Part shown: positions 8,218-19,784 of the stretch, piece after piece | How the letters are laid out: every line of letters begins with the position of its first letter | How positions within the stretch are numbered: the first letter of the stretch is position 1 | Virus record (IMG/VR): IMGVR_UViG_3300030102_008735 | Span: 17,422 to 81,421 of that record | DNA: 64,000 nucleotides | Source: a virus | Lineage: Duplodnaviria; Caudoviricetes | Direction: 5' to 3' (one strand) | The notes under the pieces: generated by a model | The model's database searches: none | What the model saw: only the letters and a program-made list of their open reading frames with translations | What the model was told of the DNA's origin: nothing | Translations under genes and position numbers: made by a program

Positions 8218-9465
8218 ATGAAACACGCAACAATAATTCCTTTAATAGGTGGTATGACACTTGCAAATAAAAAGATAACTGGTAAAGATCCAGAAGTTAT
8301 ATTATCATACTCACCGTTTAAGGCAAACGATAGTCACATAACCAAATATCTTCCAAAAGTACCATATAAAGTATTAGATGATATGGGAGATGATGAAAAA
8401 AATATATTAATTGAAAAACTAAAAGGAAAACTTGATTTTGTTTCAACTGTTTGTCCTTGTGCAGGATTGGCAGGTACAAATACTGCACCTAAAACAAGTA
8501 GTAAAGGTCGTGGAGCACATGCAGAACAAAATCAATGGATGTATAAAAGTGCAAAGCTAATTTTAGAAGATATAAAACCAAAAGTATTTTGGGGAGAAAA
8601 TGCGCCAGGCCTATTTACTAAAATGGGTGTAGAGGTTGCAGATAATCTTAGAAAAATTGGTGAAGATGCAGGATATAGCTTTTCAATGATTAAGACAAAT
8701 ACAGAGCTACATGGAATACCTCAGAGAAGAATTAGAACATTTTATTTTTTCTGGGATAGTCCTTCTCCACCACTCTTTAATTGGGTTAAGAGAGATACTC
8801 CAAAACTATTAGACTATCTTGGTGAAATACCAAAAGATGCAACACAATTTGATATGAGAATATGGATGGATCCCGTTACTGTTAAATATCCACCATATAA
8901 ATTTTTATTAGATAAATTAGGTTTGACTCATGAACAAATGGTTAAAAAAGTTGGAAAGGGAACTGTATTTAGATATATGCAAGACAATGATTTATTTGAT
9001 GAGTGCCTAGACTGGCTAAAAGTACACGCACCAAATGATGGTCCTAGTGGAGGAAAACCTGGAACAAATACTTATATTGATATCATTAATCATATAAAAA
9101 ATAAATTGGCTGATGGGAAAGGATATTGGGATAGTTCACCGCATTTATTTCACGAATCATTTAATGCAGTTATTGGAAGAAATATGTTTGATGGTGTACA
9201 TCCAATTGAAAATAGATATATGAGTGTTAGAGAATATATTCATATGATGGGAATGCCTCATGACTTTGAACTTGACAATATTAAAAACATAAATCATATT
9301 GCACAAAATGTTCCTGTAGGTACGGCATCAGATATGACTCAACATGTTGTTGACTATATAAACGGAAAGTCATCATTATCAGATTCAAAGTTTTTAAAAC
9401 AAGATAATGTTTCTAGAAAAACTGATGTAATTACAAATGAAAAACAACTTGAACTTTTTTCATAA
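8218..9465 (+). CDS. Divergent C5-cytosine DNA methyltransferase-like protein
   Basis: Motif IV CPCAG, motif VI GENAPGL, motif VIII PQRRIRTF, motif IX SVRE..GMP, motif X AQNVP; motif I atypical (IIPLIGG); ends QLELFS. Confidence 0.8.
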   Translation: MKHATIIPLIGGMTLANKKITGKDPEVILSYSPFKANDSHITKYLPKVPYKVLDDMGDDEKNILIEKLKGKLDFVSTVCPCAGLAGTNTAPKTSSKGRGAHAEQNQWMYKSAKLILEDIKPKVFWGENAPGLFTKMGVEVADNLRKIGEDAGYSFSMIKTNTELHGIPQRRIRTFYFFWDSPSPPLFNWVKRDTPKLLDYLGEIPKDATQFDMRIWMDPVTVKYPPYKFLLDKLGLTHEQMVKKVGKGTVFRYMQDNDLFDECLDWLKVHAPNDGPSGGKPGTNTYIDIINHIKNKLADGKGYWDSSPHLFHESFNAVIGRNMFDGVHPIENRYMSVREYIHMMGMPHDFELDNIKNINHIAQNVPVGTASDMTQHVVDYINGKSSLSDSKFLKQDNVSRKTDVITNEKQLELFS

Positions 9466-9469
9466 AATA

Positions 9470-9501
9470 TTTTTTTATATCGTGAGAAATGGTTATATTT
9501 A
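9470..9501 (+). promoter_or_regulatory. Conserved phage promoter, copy 2
   Basis: TTTTTTTATATCGT-N6-TGGTTATATTTA, 4 nt before ATG 9506. Confidence 0.7.
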
Positions 9502-9505
9502 ATAT

Positions 9506-9733
9506 ATGTCACCGGAAATACAAAAAATAATATATGAAGCAGCCATAAAGGCAGGTGACGAACTAAAAGGTAAACTGCCTCCCCACCGCTTTCATCCTAA
9601 TGGAAGAAACCCATATGCGCATGTATTCGAGAGAATAAAAAGTAAAATGGGTAAAAGCTATAAGGAATGTCAAGACTGGGAGGCAGATAAAATATTGGAT
9701 TTAATAGAATACTATGTTAAAAATCCATGCTAA
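9506..9733 (+). CDS. Hypothetical protein
   Basis: 75-aa ORF directly after the promoter (HPNGRNPYAH). Confidence 0.75.
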   Translation: MSPEIQKIIYEAAIKAGDELKGKLPPHRFHPNGRNPYAHVFERIKSKMGKSYKECQDWEADKILDLIEYYVKNPC

Positions 9734-9755
9734 CTAATAATAAAATTATTGCTAT

Positions 9756-12242
9756 ATGAAAAACAATTTTAAACTATCAAGAATTACAAGTAAATTTGAC
9801 AAAGGTTATTTTAACATATATCAATTTGGTTATGATGAAAACAATAAATTTGTAACTAAAGTTGATAAAATAAGAGACTATTTTTACTACTCTGCAAATA
9901 ACATTGATGATATAATGGACACACCTAACATGGATTTTGGGGATACACAGTTCTATGATAGCTTTAATGGTGAAAAAGTAAATAAAGTTTTCTATAATTC
10001 CATAAAGATAAAAAATAAAATTGTTAGAGAAAAAGCACCAAGAACATATCATGGAGATGTAAGCCCAGAGTTTAAACATATACTCGATAAAGGTTTAGAA
10101 TGGACTAATAATAGACATATTATTTATTATGATATTGAGACATGGGTAGACTTAGAAAATCCAACGGACAATAAACCAGAAAATGCCAAACAACCAATAA
10201 CATCAATACAGTGTTATTCAACTGATAAGAAACAATATTTTGTATTTGCATGGCACCCAGAAAAAACAAAAGACTTATCTGAGCCTTCAATGAAAACTGA
10301 AGGAAACACAACTTATGTAATGTGTAAAGATGAAGAAGATGTAATTATGGGATTCATAAATTTACTATCAATTAGTCATTGTGATATTTTAACAGGGTGG
10401 TACTGTTCAGGTTATGATATGCCATACATTATTAATAGATGTAAAAAACTAGGACTACCTTATGAAGAGATATCTCCAATCAAAGATGTATTTATGAAAA
10501 GGCGTGGTGAATATTGGAGAATTAACATACGAGGACTAGATCACGTTGATATGATGGAGGCTTTACAAGATATGGGTTACAATCTTCCTAATTGGAAATT
10601 AGCAACGGCATCAAAGGAAATACTTGGTATGGGCGAAATGGAAAAGTTAACAGAAGTCACTTGGAGAGATTGGATTGATAACTTTGACGGATTTATTAAG
10701 TATGGTATACGTGATGTACAAATATTGAAAGAAATATCTGAAAAGATACAGATGTTTGAATTATATACAACATTACAGCAAATTAGTAACATAGAAATAT
10801 TAACACATGCATTTTTTAAATCGGTTGTAGTTGATAACTATATACTTAAAGAATTTCATGGCCAACTTGCGTTTCCAACTAGAAGAACAGGAAAAAGACA
10901 AAATTACGCCGGAGCAATAGTGTTCAATCCAACAGAACCCGGCCGCCATAAAGATGTAACTGTAATGGACTATACTTCACTATATCCTACAAGCATTATG
11001 GCATTTAACATTAGCCCAGAAACATTTATATGTTCTAAGCAACAATGTGATTCTGCAGGATTTAAAATAGATGAAGTCATTGATAAATTAAAATCAGAAA
11101 ATACTCCTTACATAGATACTGGAGAAGACAGTACTTTATTTGGTGATAGATATCTTTTTTATGGCCATGATGAAAAGGAAGGACTATTACCTTATGTATT
11201 AAGAAAGCTTTTTCTAAAAAGAGTTGAAATAAATAAAAACTTATCGGAAGGTAAATATAAAGGTGATGAAAAAATTGCAATGGAAAAAAGGCAATGGACC
11301 TATAAGATCATCTTAAACAGTGCTTATGGTGCAATGGGATTCCCATTCTTTAGATTATATAAACCTGAATGTGCAGATGCAATTACATACTTTGCAAGAC
11401 AGGCATTAAAGTTTGCAACCGTTAAGTTTAATAGTGATCATAAAGTTTTATATGGTGATACTGATAGTATATTTGTAAAGTCAAATGGAAAGTCTGAAAA
11501 TGAAATGAAAGATGCATTGGTTGAATTTAATCATCAATTAAGAAATGAATTTATAGCAAAATACAATACAGGACTACCAGATGAATATATGTTAATGGAC
11601 CTTAAGTTTGAATATGATTTAGAATACATATATTTTGGAAACTCAAAAAAGAGATACTATGGAATAGTAAGGGATACAGGTAAAAAGTATATTAGAGGTA
11701 TGAACATTATTCGTAAAGATGCACCAACATTTTTAAAGAAGGCATTAAATGTTGTAACTGAAATGGCTGTAAGAGACAAATTAACATTGGATCATTTAGT
11801 AAAGTTAAGACAGAAAATAACAACTATTGACTATAAGGATATTGGAATATCAAAAAAGTTTACTAAAAAGTTTAATCAGTATACAAAAAATAAACCTCAA
11901 CATATAAAGGCATCAATGTGGGCCAATGATAAATTAGGAACATCAATTACACATACAGATACTCCATATCTATTTTATATAAAAAGTAAATGTGAAGATG
12001 ATCTTAAACCTAAAGAAAGACAAACTGCAATATGTTTAAACGAAGAAGATTTGCATCTAATAGATAAGCATAATGAAATATTTGAAATTGATTATGATAC
12101 ATACTATAAGAAGCAAGTAACTGAACAATTAAAAGAATTTGATTTAATACCAAACGTAAAAAAGTTACTAGAAAATGAAAAAAATAACAATGAATTTAAT
12201 ATTTATTCTGGTAAAGAGGTTACAGGATCACATATAAATTAG
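9756..12242 (+). CDS. polB: Family B DNA polymerase
   Basis: ExoI YDIET, DYTSLYPTSIMAFNISPET, KIILNSAYG, YGDTDS, KKRYYG. Confidence 0.97.
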   Translation: MKNNFKLSRITSKFDKGYFNIYQFGYDENNKFVTKVDKIRDYFYYSANNIDDIMDTPNMDFGDTQFYDSFNGEKVNKVFYNSIKIKNKIVREKAPRTYHGDVSPEFKHILDKGLEWTNNRHIIYYDIETWVDLENPTDNKPENAKQPITSIQCYSTDKKQYFVFAWHPEKTKDLSEPSMKTEGNTTYVMCKDEEDVIMGFINLLSISHCDILTGWYCSGYDMPYIINRCKKLGLPYEEISPIKDVFMKRRGEYWRINIRGLDHVDMMEALQDMGYNLPNWKLATASKEILGMGEMEKLTEVTWRDWIDNFDGFIKYGIRDVQILKEISEKIQMFELYTTLQQISNIEILTHAFFKSVVVDNYILKEFHGQLAFPTRRTGKRQNYAGAIVFNPTEPGRHKDVTVMDYTSLYPTSIMAFNISPETFICSKQQCDSAGFKIDEVIDKLKSENTPYIDTGEDSTLFGDRYLFYGHDEKEGLLPYVLRKLFLKRVEINKNLSEGKYKGDEKIAMEKRQWTYKIILNSAYGAMGFPFFRLYKPECADAITYFARQALKFATVKFNSDHKVLYGDTDSIFVKSNGKSENEMKDALVEFNHQLRNEFIAKYNTGLPDEYMLMDLKFEYDLEYIYFGNSKKRYYGIVRDTGKKYIRGMNIIRKDAPTFLKKALNVVTEMAVRDKLTLDHLVKLRQKITTIDYKDIGISKKFTKKFNQYTKNKPQHIKASMWANDKLGTSITHTDTPYLFYIKSKCEDDLKPKERQTAICLNEEDLHLIDKHNEIFEIDYDTYYKKQVTEQLKEFDLIPNVKKLLENEKNNNEFNIYSGKEVTGSHIN

Positions 12243-12244
12243 TT

Positions 12245-12541
12245 ATGAAAAATTACTATCAACAATATTTAGACAATCATTCAAATCCAAAATGTAGACT
12301 ATTACATTTTATTGGACAGTGGTTTACAATATTTTTTACAATTGGTGTAATTTATTTTCAGTACTGGTTATTGGTACCTTTTATTCCTCTAGTAGTATAT
12401 CCTTTTGCAATAAGTGGCCATTACTTTTTTGGCAACAAAGGTGAAAAACCATCATTTACTAAAATGGGATTTTTACAAGCAAAGCTATCCGATTGGAAAA
12501 TGTTTTTTGATATACTACGAGGAAAGATAACAATATGGTAA
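12245..12541 (+). CDS. DUF962/Mpo1-like membrane protein
   Basis: YL.HSNPKCRLLHFIG, GHYFF..KP.F. Confidence 0.8.
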   Translation: MKNYYQQYLDNHSNPKCRLLHFIGQWFTIFFTIGVIYFQYWLLVPFIPLVVYPFAISGHYFFGNKGEKPSFTKMGFLQAKLSDWKMFFDILRGKITIW

Positions 12542-12561
12542 AATTAATTTAGGAGATAAAA

Positions 12562-14502
<1,941 letters not shown>

Positions 14503-14503
<1 letters not shown>

Positions 14504-14754
14504 TGAATATGAATAAAAACCAAGGGTTAAATCTAAATATAAATCCAAATGAATTGGATGATGTTGTTTGCGATAGTTGTGGAAACTCTACATTTATACA
14601 GGCAGTACTATTAAAAAGAATTCCGGCATCTCTATCGCCAAATGGAAAAAAGACTTTTTTACCAATGCCTATATTTGAATGTAGTGAATGTGGAAATGTA
14701 AACGATGAATTGATACCTAAAGTAAAAGGAAGTGATGACGAAATTATCAAATAA
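14503..14754 (+). CDS. Zn-ribbon protein
   Basis: CDSCG...CSECG. Confidence 0.75.
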
Positions 14755-14941
14755 GGTAGAACATCCAAACCACTATAACCAAGGAATTGAAATGTGGGAC
14801 TATGCAATGTCTCATAATCTTGATTTTATGGAAGGTAATATTGTAAAATATGTTACCAGGTGGCGTCACAAAAATGGAATTGAAGACCTACTCAAAGCCA
14901 AACAATACCTTGATAAGCTTGTAGAAAAAAACACTAAATAA
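14732..14941 (+). CDS. DUF3310 family protein
   Basis: VEHPNHY..GIE..GNIVKYVTRW.HKNGIEDL.KA..YL. Confidence 0.85.
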   Translation: MMTKLSNKVEHPNHYNQGIEMWDYAMSHNLDFMEGNIVKYVTRWRHKNGIEDLLKAKQYLDKLVEKNTK

Positions 14942-14973
14942 TTTTTTTATCCCAATAGAAATGGTTATATTTA
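14942..14973 (+). promoter_or_regulatory. Conserved phage promoter, copy 3
   Basis: TTTTTTTATCCCAA-N6-TGGTTATATTTA, 3 nt before ATG 14977. Confidence 0.75.
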
Positions 14974-14976
14974 GTT

Positions 14977-15903
14977 ATGCAACTTAAAACACCTAGAGAT
15001 TTAGCAATAAAGGCAAGAATGATGGGTAAGAAGACAATTTCTTACAGTCAATTCAATATGTATAAAACTTGCCCGCATCAATGGAAGTTAAACTATATAG
15101 ATAAACATAGGGACTTTGAACCTTCTATATATCTAACATTTGGTACCTCCATGCATGAAGTTATTCAACATTATTTAGATGTTATGTACAATGACTCAAT
15201 AAAGGCGGCTGATAATATTGATCTTCATAAAATGCTTAAAGAAAGAATGGCACATAATTACAAGGAGACTTGCGATGAATTTGGTGAACACTTTTCTAGT
15301 AAAGATGAAATGATGGAGTTTTACTGGGATGGAGTTGAAATCATAGATTATCTAAAAAGAAAGCGTGGTGGATACTTTAGCAAAAAAAATTGTGAGTTGG
15401 TTGGAATTGAAATGCCTATTTTCCATGAAATAGAATCCAATCCAAATATTATGATGACTGGATTTATTGATCTTGTCATTAAAGAACATGATAGGATAAA
15501 AATAATAGATATAAAAACCAGTACTATGGGATGGAAACCTGCACAGAAAAAACAAAATGGTGACCAACTTAGAATCTATAAGGAATATTTTGCAAAACAA
15601 TATCATGTTGATGTTAAAGATATAGAAGTTGAATATTTTATTGTTAAAAGAAAATTATATGAAAATTTAGATTTTCCTCAAAGAAGAATACAGCAATATA
15701 GGCCTGCTGCCGGTAAACCAAGTTTATCAAAGGTAAATAAAAATTTAAATAAATTTATTAAGGAAGCATTTACAGTTGATGGAAAACATAACAAGGACGG
15801 TATATACCCAGCAATAAAAGGCGAAAAGAATAAAAATTGTAGATGGTGTCCCTTTAAAACTAATTATGAATTATGTCCTAAGGAAAATAGAGTATTGGTA
15901 TGA
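14977..15903 (+). CDS. PD-(D/E)XK Cas4/RecB-like nuclease
   Basis: SYSQ..CP, GFIDL..IIDIKT, QL.IY, CRWCPF...C Fe-S ligands. Confidence 0.88.
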   Translation: MQLKTPRDLAIKARMMGKKTISYSQFNMYKTCPHQWKLNYIDKHRDFEPSIYLTFGTSMHEVIQHYLDVMYNDSIKAADNIDLHKMLKERMAHNYKETCDEFGEHFSSKDEMMEFYWDGVEIIDYLKRKRGGYFSKKNCELVGIEMPIFHEIESNPNIMMTGFIDLVIKEHDRIKIIDIKTSTMGWKPAQKKQNGDQLRIYKEYFAKQYHVDVKDIEVEYFIVKRKLYENLDFPQRRIQQYRPAAGKPSLSKVNKNLNKFIKEAFTVDGKHNKDGIYPAIKGEKNKNCRWCPFKTNYELCPKENRVLV

Positions 15904-16298
15904 AGATTGGAGTTATAGGAAATTCAAGATATGAAAACAAAAGACGAATAAAAAAAGTCATATTTGATCTTAAGAATAGGTTTGGTGATAAATTAATTGT
16001 TGCAACTCTAGGAAACAGAAATGGTGCAGAAAAATATGTAAAGAAATATGTACTAGAAATGGGAATGCAATATAAAGAATTTAATCCTGCGCATACGCAA
16101 AAAACTTTATACAGTGCAATGAATGAATCATACTACAATAAACCATATCGTCCTAGAAATTTTTTTCATAGAAATACAATGTTAGTAAAATATATTGACT
16201 ACATAATTGCATTTATTGATAATGCACCAGAAACTGGGATTGATGATATTTTAAAAAATGCAAAAAAATTTGAAAAAAAAGTAATGGTAATTGAATAA
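15900..16298 (+). CDS. SLOG/YspA-like (DUF2493-like) protein
   Basis: MKIGVIGNSR, GAE, FFHRN..V..D.IIAF. Confidence 0.7.
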   Translation: MKIGVIGNSRYENKRRIKKVIFDLKNRFGDKLIVATLGNRNGAEKYVKKYVLEMGMQYKEFNPAHTQKTLYSAMNESYYNKPYRPRNFFHRNTMLVKYIDYIIAFIDNAPETGIDDILKNAKKFEKKVMVIE

Positions 16299-16355
16299 TA
16301 TTTGTTTCATTTATATATTTATATTCAAATATATAGATATACAAGGATATGAATT

Positions 16356-16544
16356 ATGAAAAATGGATTGATGAAATTAACTTCTGTAAAAATTAAAAAT
16401 GATTTACATCGTAAGTTTAAAATTAAATGTATTGAGGATGATATAACAATTCAAAAAATACTAAACAGGTCTATACATTTATACTTAAATAATCGTGATT
16501 TTAAGCAAAAAATATTAGAAACAACAATTGGAAACAATTTATAG
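16356..16544 (+). CDS. Ribbon-helix-helix-like DNA-binding protein
   Basis: LTSVKI..DLHRKFKIKC..ITIQKILNRSIHLY. Confidence 0.65.
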   Translation: MKNGLMKLTSVKIKNDLHRKFKIKCIEDDITIQKILNRSIHLYLNNRDFKQKILETTIGNNL

Positions 16545-16561
16545 ATTAAGGAATAAAGGTT

Positions 16562-18022
16562 ATGGATATAAAATTACCAAAATTAAAAAAGATTAATCTC
16601 AACAAAGTAAAAAAGAAAAAGATACTTTTAATGTCAGATGACATGAGGGTACATAGCGGTATAGGAACAATGTCAAAAGAATGTGTAATTGGTACTGTAC
16701 ATAAATATGACTGGGTACAATTGGCAGGTGCAATAAAACATCCAGAGGAAGGAAAGGTTATTGATATGTCAGCTGATGTTGCAAAACTATCAGGAGTTGA
16801 TGATGCATCAGTTAAACTATACCCAATAACAGGATATGGAAGTTCCGATATCTTACGCCAAATAATTGATCTTGAAAAACCAGATGCAATACTACATTTT
16901 ACAGATCCAAGATTTTGGGGATGGTTATATAATATGGAACATGAAGTAAGACAACAAATTCCAATAATGTATTACAACATCTGGGATGATCTCCCATACC
17001 CACATTGGAATGAAAATTTTTATGAATCATGCGATTTACTTATGGCAATATCAAAACAAACATATAACATTAATGCAAATGTTTGTCAAAGAAAGCCTAG
17101 GACAGATTGGGACTTAACATATGTACCTCATGGAATAGATGAAAAATCGTACTTTCCAATAACTCAAGATCATAAAAATTATGAAGATTATATAAAATTT
17201 AAAAATCATTCACTCAATAATAAGGAATATGATTTTATTTTAATGTACAATAGTAGAAACATTAGAAGAAAAAGTACCTCAGATTTAATGTTAGCATTTA
17301 GATTATTTTGTGATAGCATTCCTAAAGAAAAGGCAGATAAATGTGTAATTATACTACACACAGATCCTGTTGATGATGCAGGTACTGATTTACCAGCCGT
17401 ATCTAAAAACATAATGAATGGTCACAATGTTATATTTTCAAATAAAAAACTTGATAGCAAGCACTTAAACTATTTATATAATATGGCAGATCTAGGATGT
17501 AATATTAGTTCAGCCGAAGGGTTTGGATTAAGCTGTATGGAATCAATAATGTCAGGAACTCCAGTGTTAGTCAACTGCATAGGAGGTTTACAGGACCAAC
17601 TAGGACTAACAAAGGACGATGGTACACCTGTTACATTAGAAGATTATAACACTAAGTGGCCAAGTAATAGTGATGGAAAATATAAAAATCATGGCGAATG
17701 GTCGTATGTTGTATGGCCTCAACATAATCTTCAAGGTTCTCCAATGACACCATACATTTATGATTCAAATTGTAACATTAGAGATGTGGCATTACAAATA
17801 AAAAAGGCATATGAAAATAGAGATAAGTTAAAAAAGCAAGGTTTAGTTGGTAGGGAATGGGCAATTGAGAATGGATTCACTGCAAAAGGAATGTGTGATT
17901 CAATGATTAAATCTATTGAAGGTTGCTTTGAAAATTGGAAACCTAGAAAAAGATTTACATTAATTGATACTAATGAACCTAAACCGATATACCCAGATGG
18001 TATAATATTGGAGGAGATATAA
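16562..18022 (+). CDS. GT4-family glycosyltransferase
   Basis: SGIG, RNIRRK, SSAEGFGLSCMESIMSGTPV; N-terminal LPKLKK. Confidence 0.9.
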   Translation: MDIKLPKLKKINLNKVKKKKILLMSDDMRVHSGIGTMSKECVIGTVHKYDWVQLAGAIKHPEEGKVIDMSADVAKLSGVDDASVKLYPITGYGSSDILRQIIDLEKPDAILHFTDPRFWGWLYNMEHEVRQQIPIMYYNIWDDLPYPHWNENFYESCDLLMAISKQTYNINANVCQRKPRTDWDLTYVPHGIDEKSYFPITQDHKNYEDYIKFKNHSLNNKEYDFILMYNSRNIRRKSTSDLMLAFRLFCDSIPKEKADKCVIILHTDPVDDAGTDLPAVSKNIMNGHNVIFSNKKLDSKHLNYLYNMADLGCNISSAEGFGLSCMESIMSGTPVLVNCIGGLQDQLGLTKDDGTPVTLEDYNTKWPSNSDGKYKNHGEWSYVVWPQHNLQGSPMTPYIYDSNCNIRDVALQIKKAYENRDKLKKQGLVGREWAIENGFTAKGMCDSMIKSIEGCFENWKPRKRFTLIDTNEPKPIYPDGIILEEI

Positions 18023-18025
18023 GTT

Positions 18026-19303
18026 ATGAATAAACCACTTTTAATTATGAGTGCACCAGTTGCAACCAGGTCAGGGTATGGGGATCACTCAAGGGATTTA
18101 TTAAGAAGCTTAATTGCAATGGATAAATATGATATAAAGGTTATGAGCCAAAGATGGGGTGACTGTCCATTAAATGCACTTAATGATAAAGAAGATCAAG
18201 ATATAATATCCAGACTATGGTTTGGAAATCAGCTTCCTAAACAACCTGATATATGGATTCAGGTAACAGTACCTAATGAGTTTCAACCAGTTGGTAAATA
18301 TAATATTGGTGTTACAGCAGGTATTGAAACAACTCATATATCCCACCAATGGATAGAAGGTTTAAATAGAATGGACTTAAACATAGTTCCATCTGTACAT
18401 TCACGAAATAGTATTCTCAATTCAGTATATGATAAAATGGATGAAAAGACTAAACAGAAAGTTGGTGAACTTAAATGTGAAAAACCAATTGAAGTTTTAT
18501 TTGAAGGCCTTGATACTAATGTATTTAAAAAAGTATCTGATGCACCATTATCCTTTGTAAACGAAATGAAAAATATAAAAGAAGAATTTTGTTTTCTATT
18601 CGTTGGTCACTGGCTAAAGGGTGATTATGGTCATGATAGAAAAGATGTTGCTGGTATGATAAAAACATTCTGTGAAACTTTTAAAGGTCATAAAACTCCA
18701 AAGCCTGCACTAATACTAAAATCAAGTCATGCAACGTTTAGTGTAATAGACAGGGAACAAACAATAAACAAAATAAATGAGATTAAACAAATGGTTGGTG
18801 GATCTTTACCAAGTATATATGTACTACATGGTGATATGACTCAAGAAGAAATGAATGCATTATATAACCATCCAAAGGTTAAGGCTCATATTAGTTTTAC
18901 TCATGGTGAAGGATTTGGTAGGCCACTATTAGAAGCAAGTTCTACTCAAAAGCCTGTCATTGCAAGTAATTGGTCAGGGCATATAGATTTTTTAAAACAT
19001 TCAGTATTACTTCCAGGCCAATTGAATAATGTACATAAATCAGCTGCTTGGAAAGATGTTATATTGAAAGAATCAAAATGGTATTATGTTGATCATGCAT
19101 ATGCAAAAAAAGTTCTAAAAGCAGTATACAAAAAATATAAAAAGTTTTTACCTGCAGCTAGAATACAGGCCAAGTATACAAGAGACAACTTTAGTTTAGA
19201 TAAAATGACAAAGGATTTTCAAAGTATATTGGAGTCATCAGTACCAGCTGTACCGGAACAAGTTAAATTAACCTTACCTAAATTGAAAAAAGTGGGAGTA
19301 TAA
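18026..19303 (+). CDS. GT4-family glycosyltransferase
   Basis: SGYG, HDRKD, HGEGFGRPLLEA, PVIASNWSG; C-terminal LPKLKK. Confidence 0.9.
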   Translation: MNKPLLIMSAPVATRSGYGDHSRDLLRSLIAMDKYDIKVMSQRWGDCPLNALNDKEDQDIISRLWFGNQLPKQPDIWIQVTVPNEFQPVGKYNIGVTAGIETTHISHQWIEGLNRMDLNIVPSVHSRNSILNSVYDKMDEKTKQKVGELKCEKPIEVLFEGLDTNVFKKVSDAPLSFVNEMKNIKEEFCFLFVGHWLKGDYGHDRKDVAGMIKTFCETFKGHKTPKPALILKSSHATFSVIDREQTINKINEIKQMVGGSLPSIYVLHGDMTQEEMNALYNHPKVKAHISFTHGEGFGRPLLEASSTQKPVIASNWSGHIDFLKHSVLLPGQLNNVHKSAAWKDVILKESKWYYVDHAYAKKVLKAVYKKYKKFLPAARIQAKYTRDNFSLDKMTKDFQSILESSVPAVPEQVKLTLPKLKKVGV

Positions 19304-19304
19304 A

Positions 19305-19784
19305 ATGGATAATAAAACCATTGATAAAGAAACATTAGATATAAGTCCTTTTACAGGAAATAAAGATGTACTAATTGAAAATGACCAAACTAATGGTGAA
19401 AGTAGATTATGTTTAGTATCAGGATATAATACTAGGGAATTATACAAAATAGATAATCCTGATGTTGAAAAGTTTGAATCAACTTCAACTGAGTTAATAA
19501 GAAGCCTAAGGTATGAAGATAAAAAATTAGGTCAGTACTGGTATTTAACAACGGTTGTAACTGACAAAGGAATGATATATCCAGACCACCATGAAGTTGA
19601 TGGATATGAATGGATATTTGCACCACTCATAACAATTGATGAAAGTGAAAAGGAAAAATATCCTATACCAGATAAACCTGGTGAATTCTATGCACAACGT
19701 TTAGCAATAGAAGTACAAAGGAAGTTTCATAAAGATAGTTTCATGGCAGCATGTAGAGAACTAGGAGCGCTTAGAGCACAATAA
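19305..19784 (+). CDS. Hypothetical protein
   Basis: Tightly packed ORF in the operon. Confidence 0.75.
   Translation: MDNKTIDKETLDISPFTGNKDVLIENDQTNGESRLCLVSGYNTRELYKIDNPDVEKFESTSTELIRSLRYEDKKLGQYWYLTTVVTDKGMIYPDHHEVDGYEWIFAPLITIDESEKEKYPIPDKPGEFYAQRLAIEVQRKFHKDSFMAACRELGALRAQ

Noticed and set aside
9756-12242. Intein or intron in PolB
   Set aside because: 828 aa with contiguous motifs; no intein termini or LAGLIDADG seen
14977-15903. CRISPR-Cas system implied by the Cas4-like gene
   Set aside because: No repeat-spacer array or other cas genes seen; solo Cas4-like nucleases are common in phages
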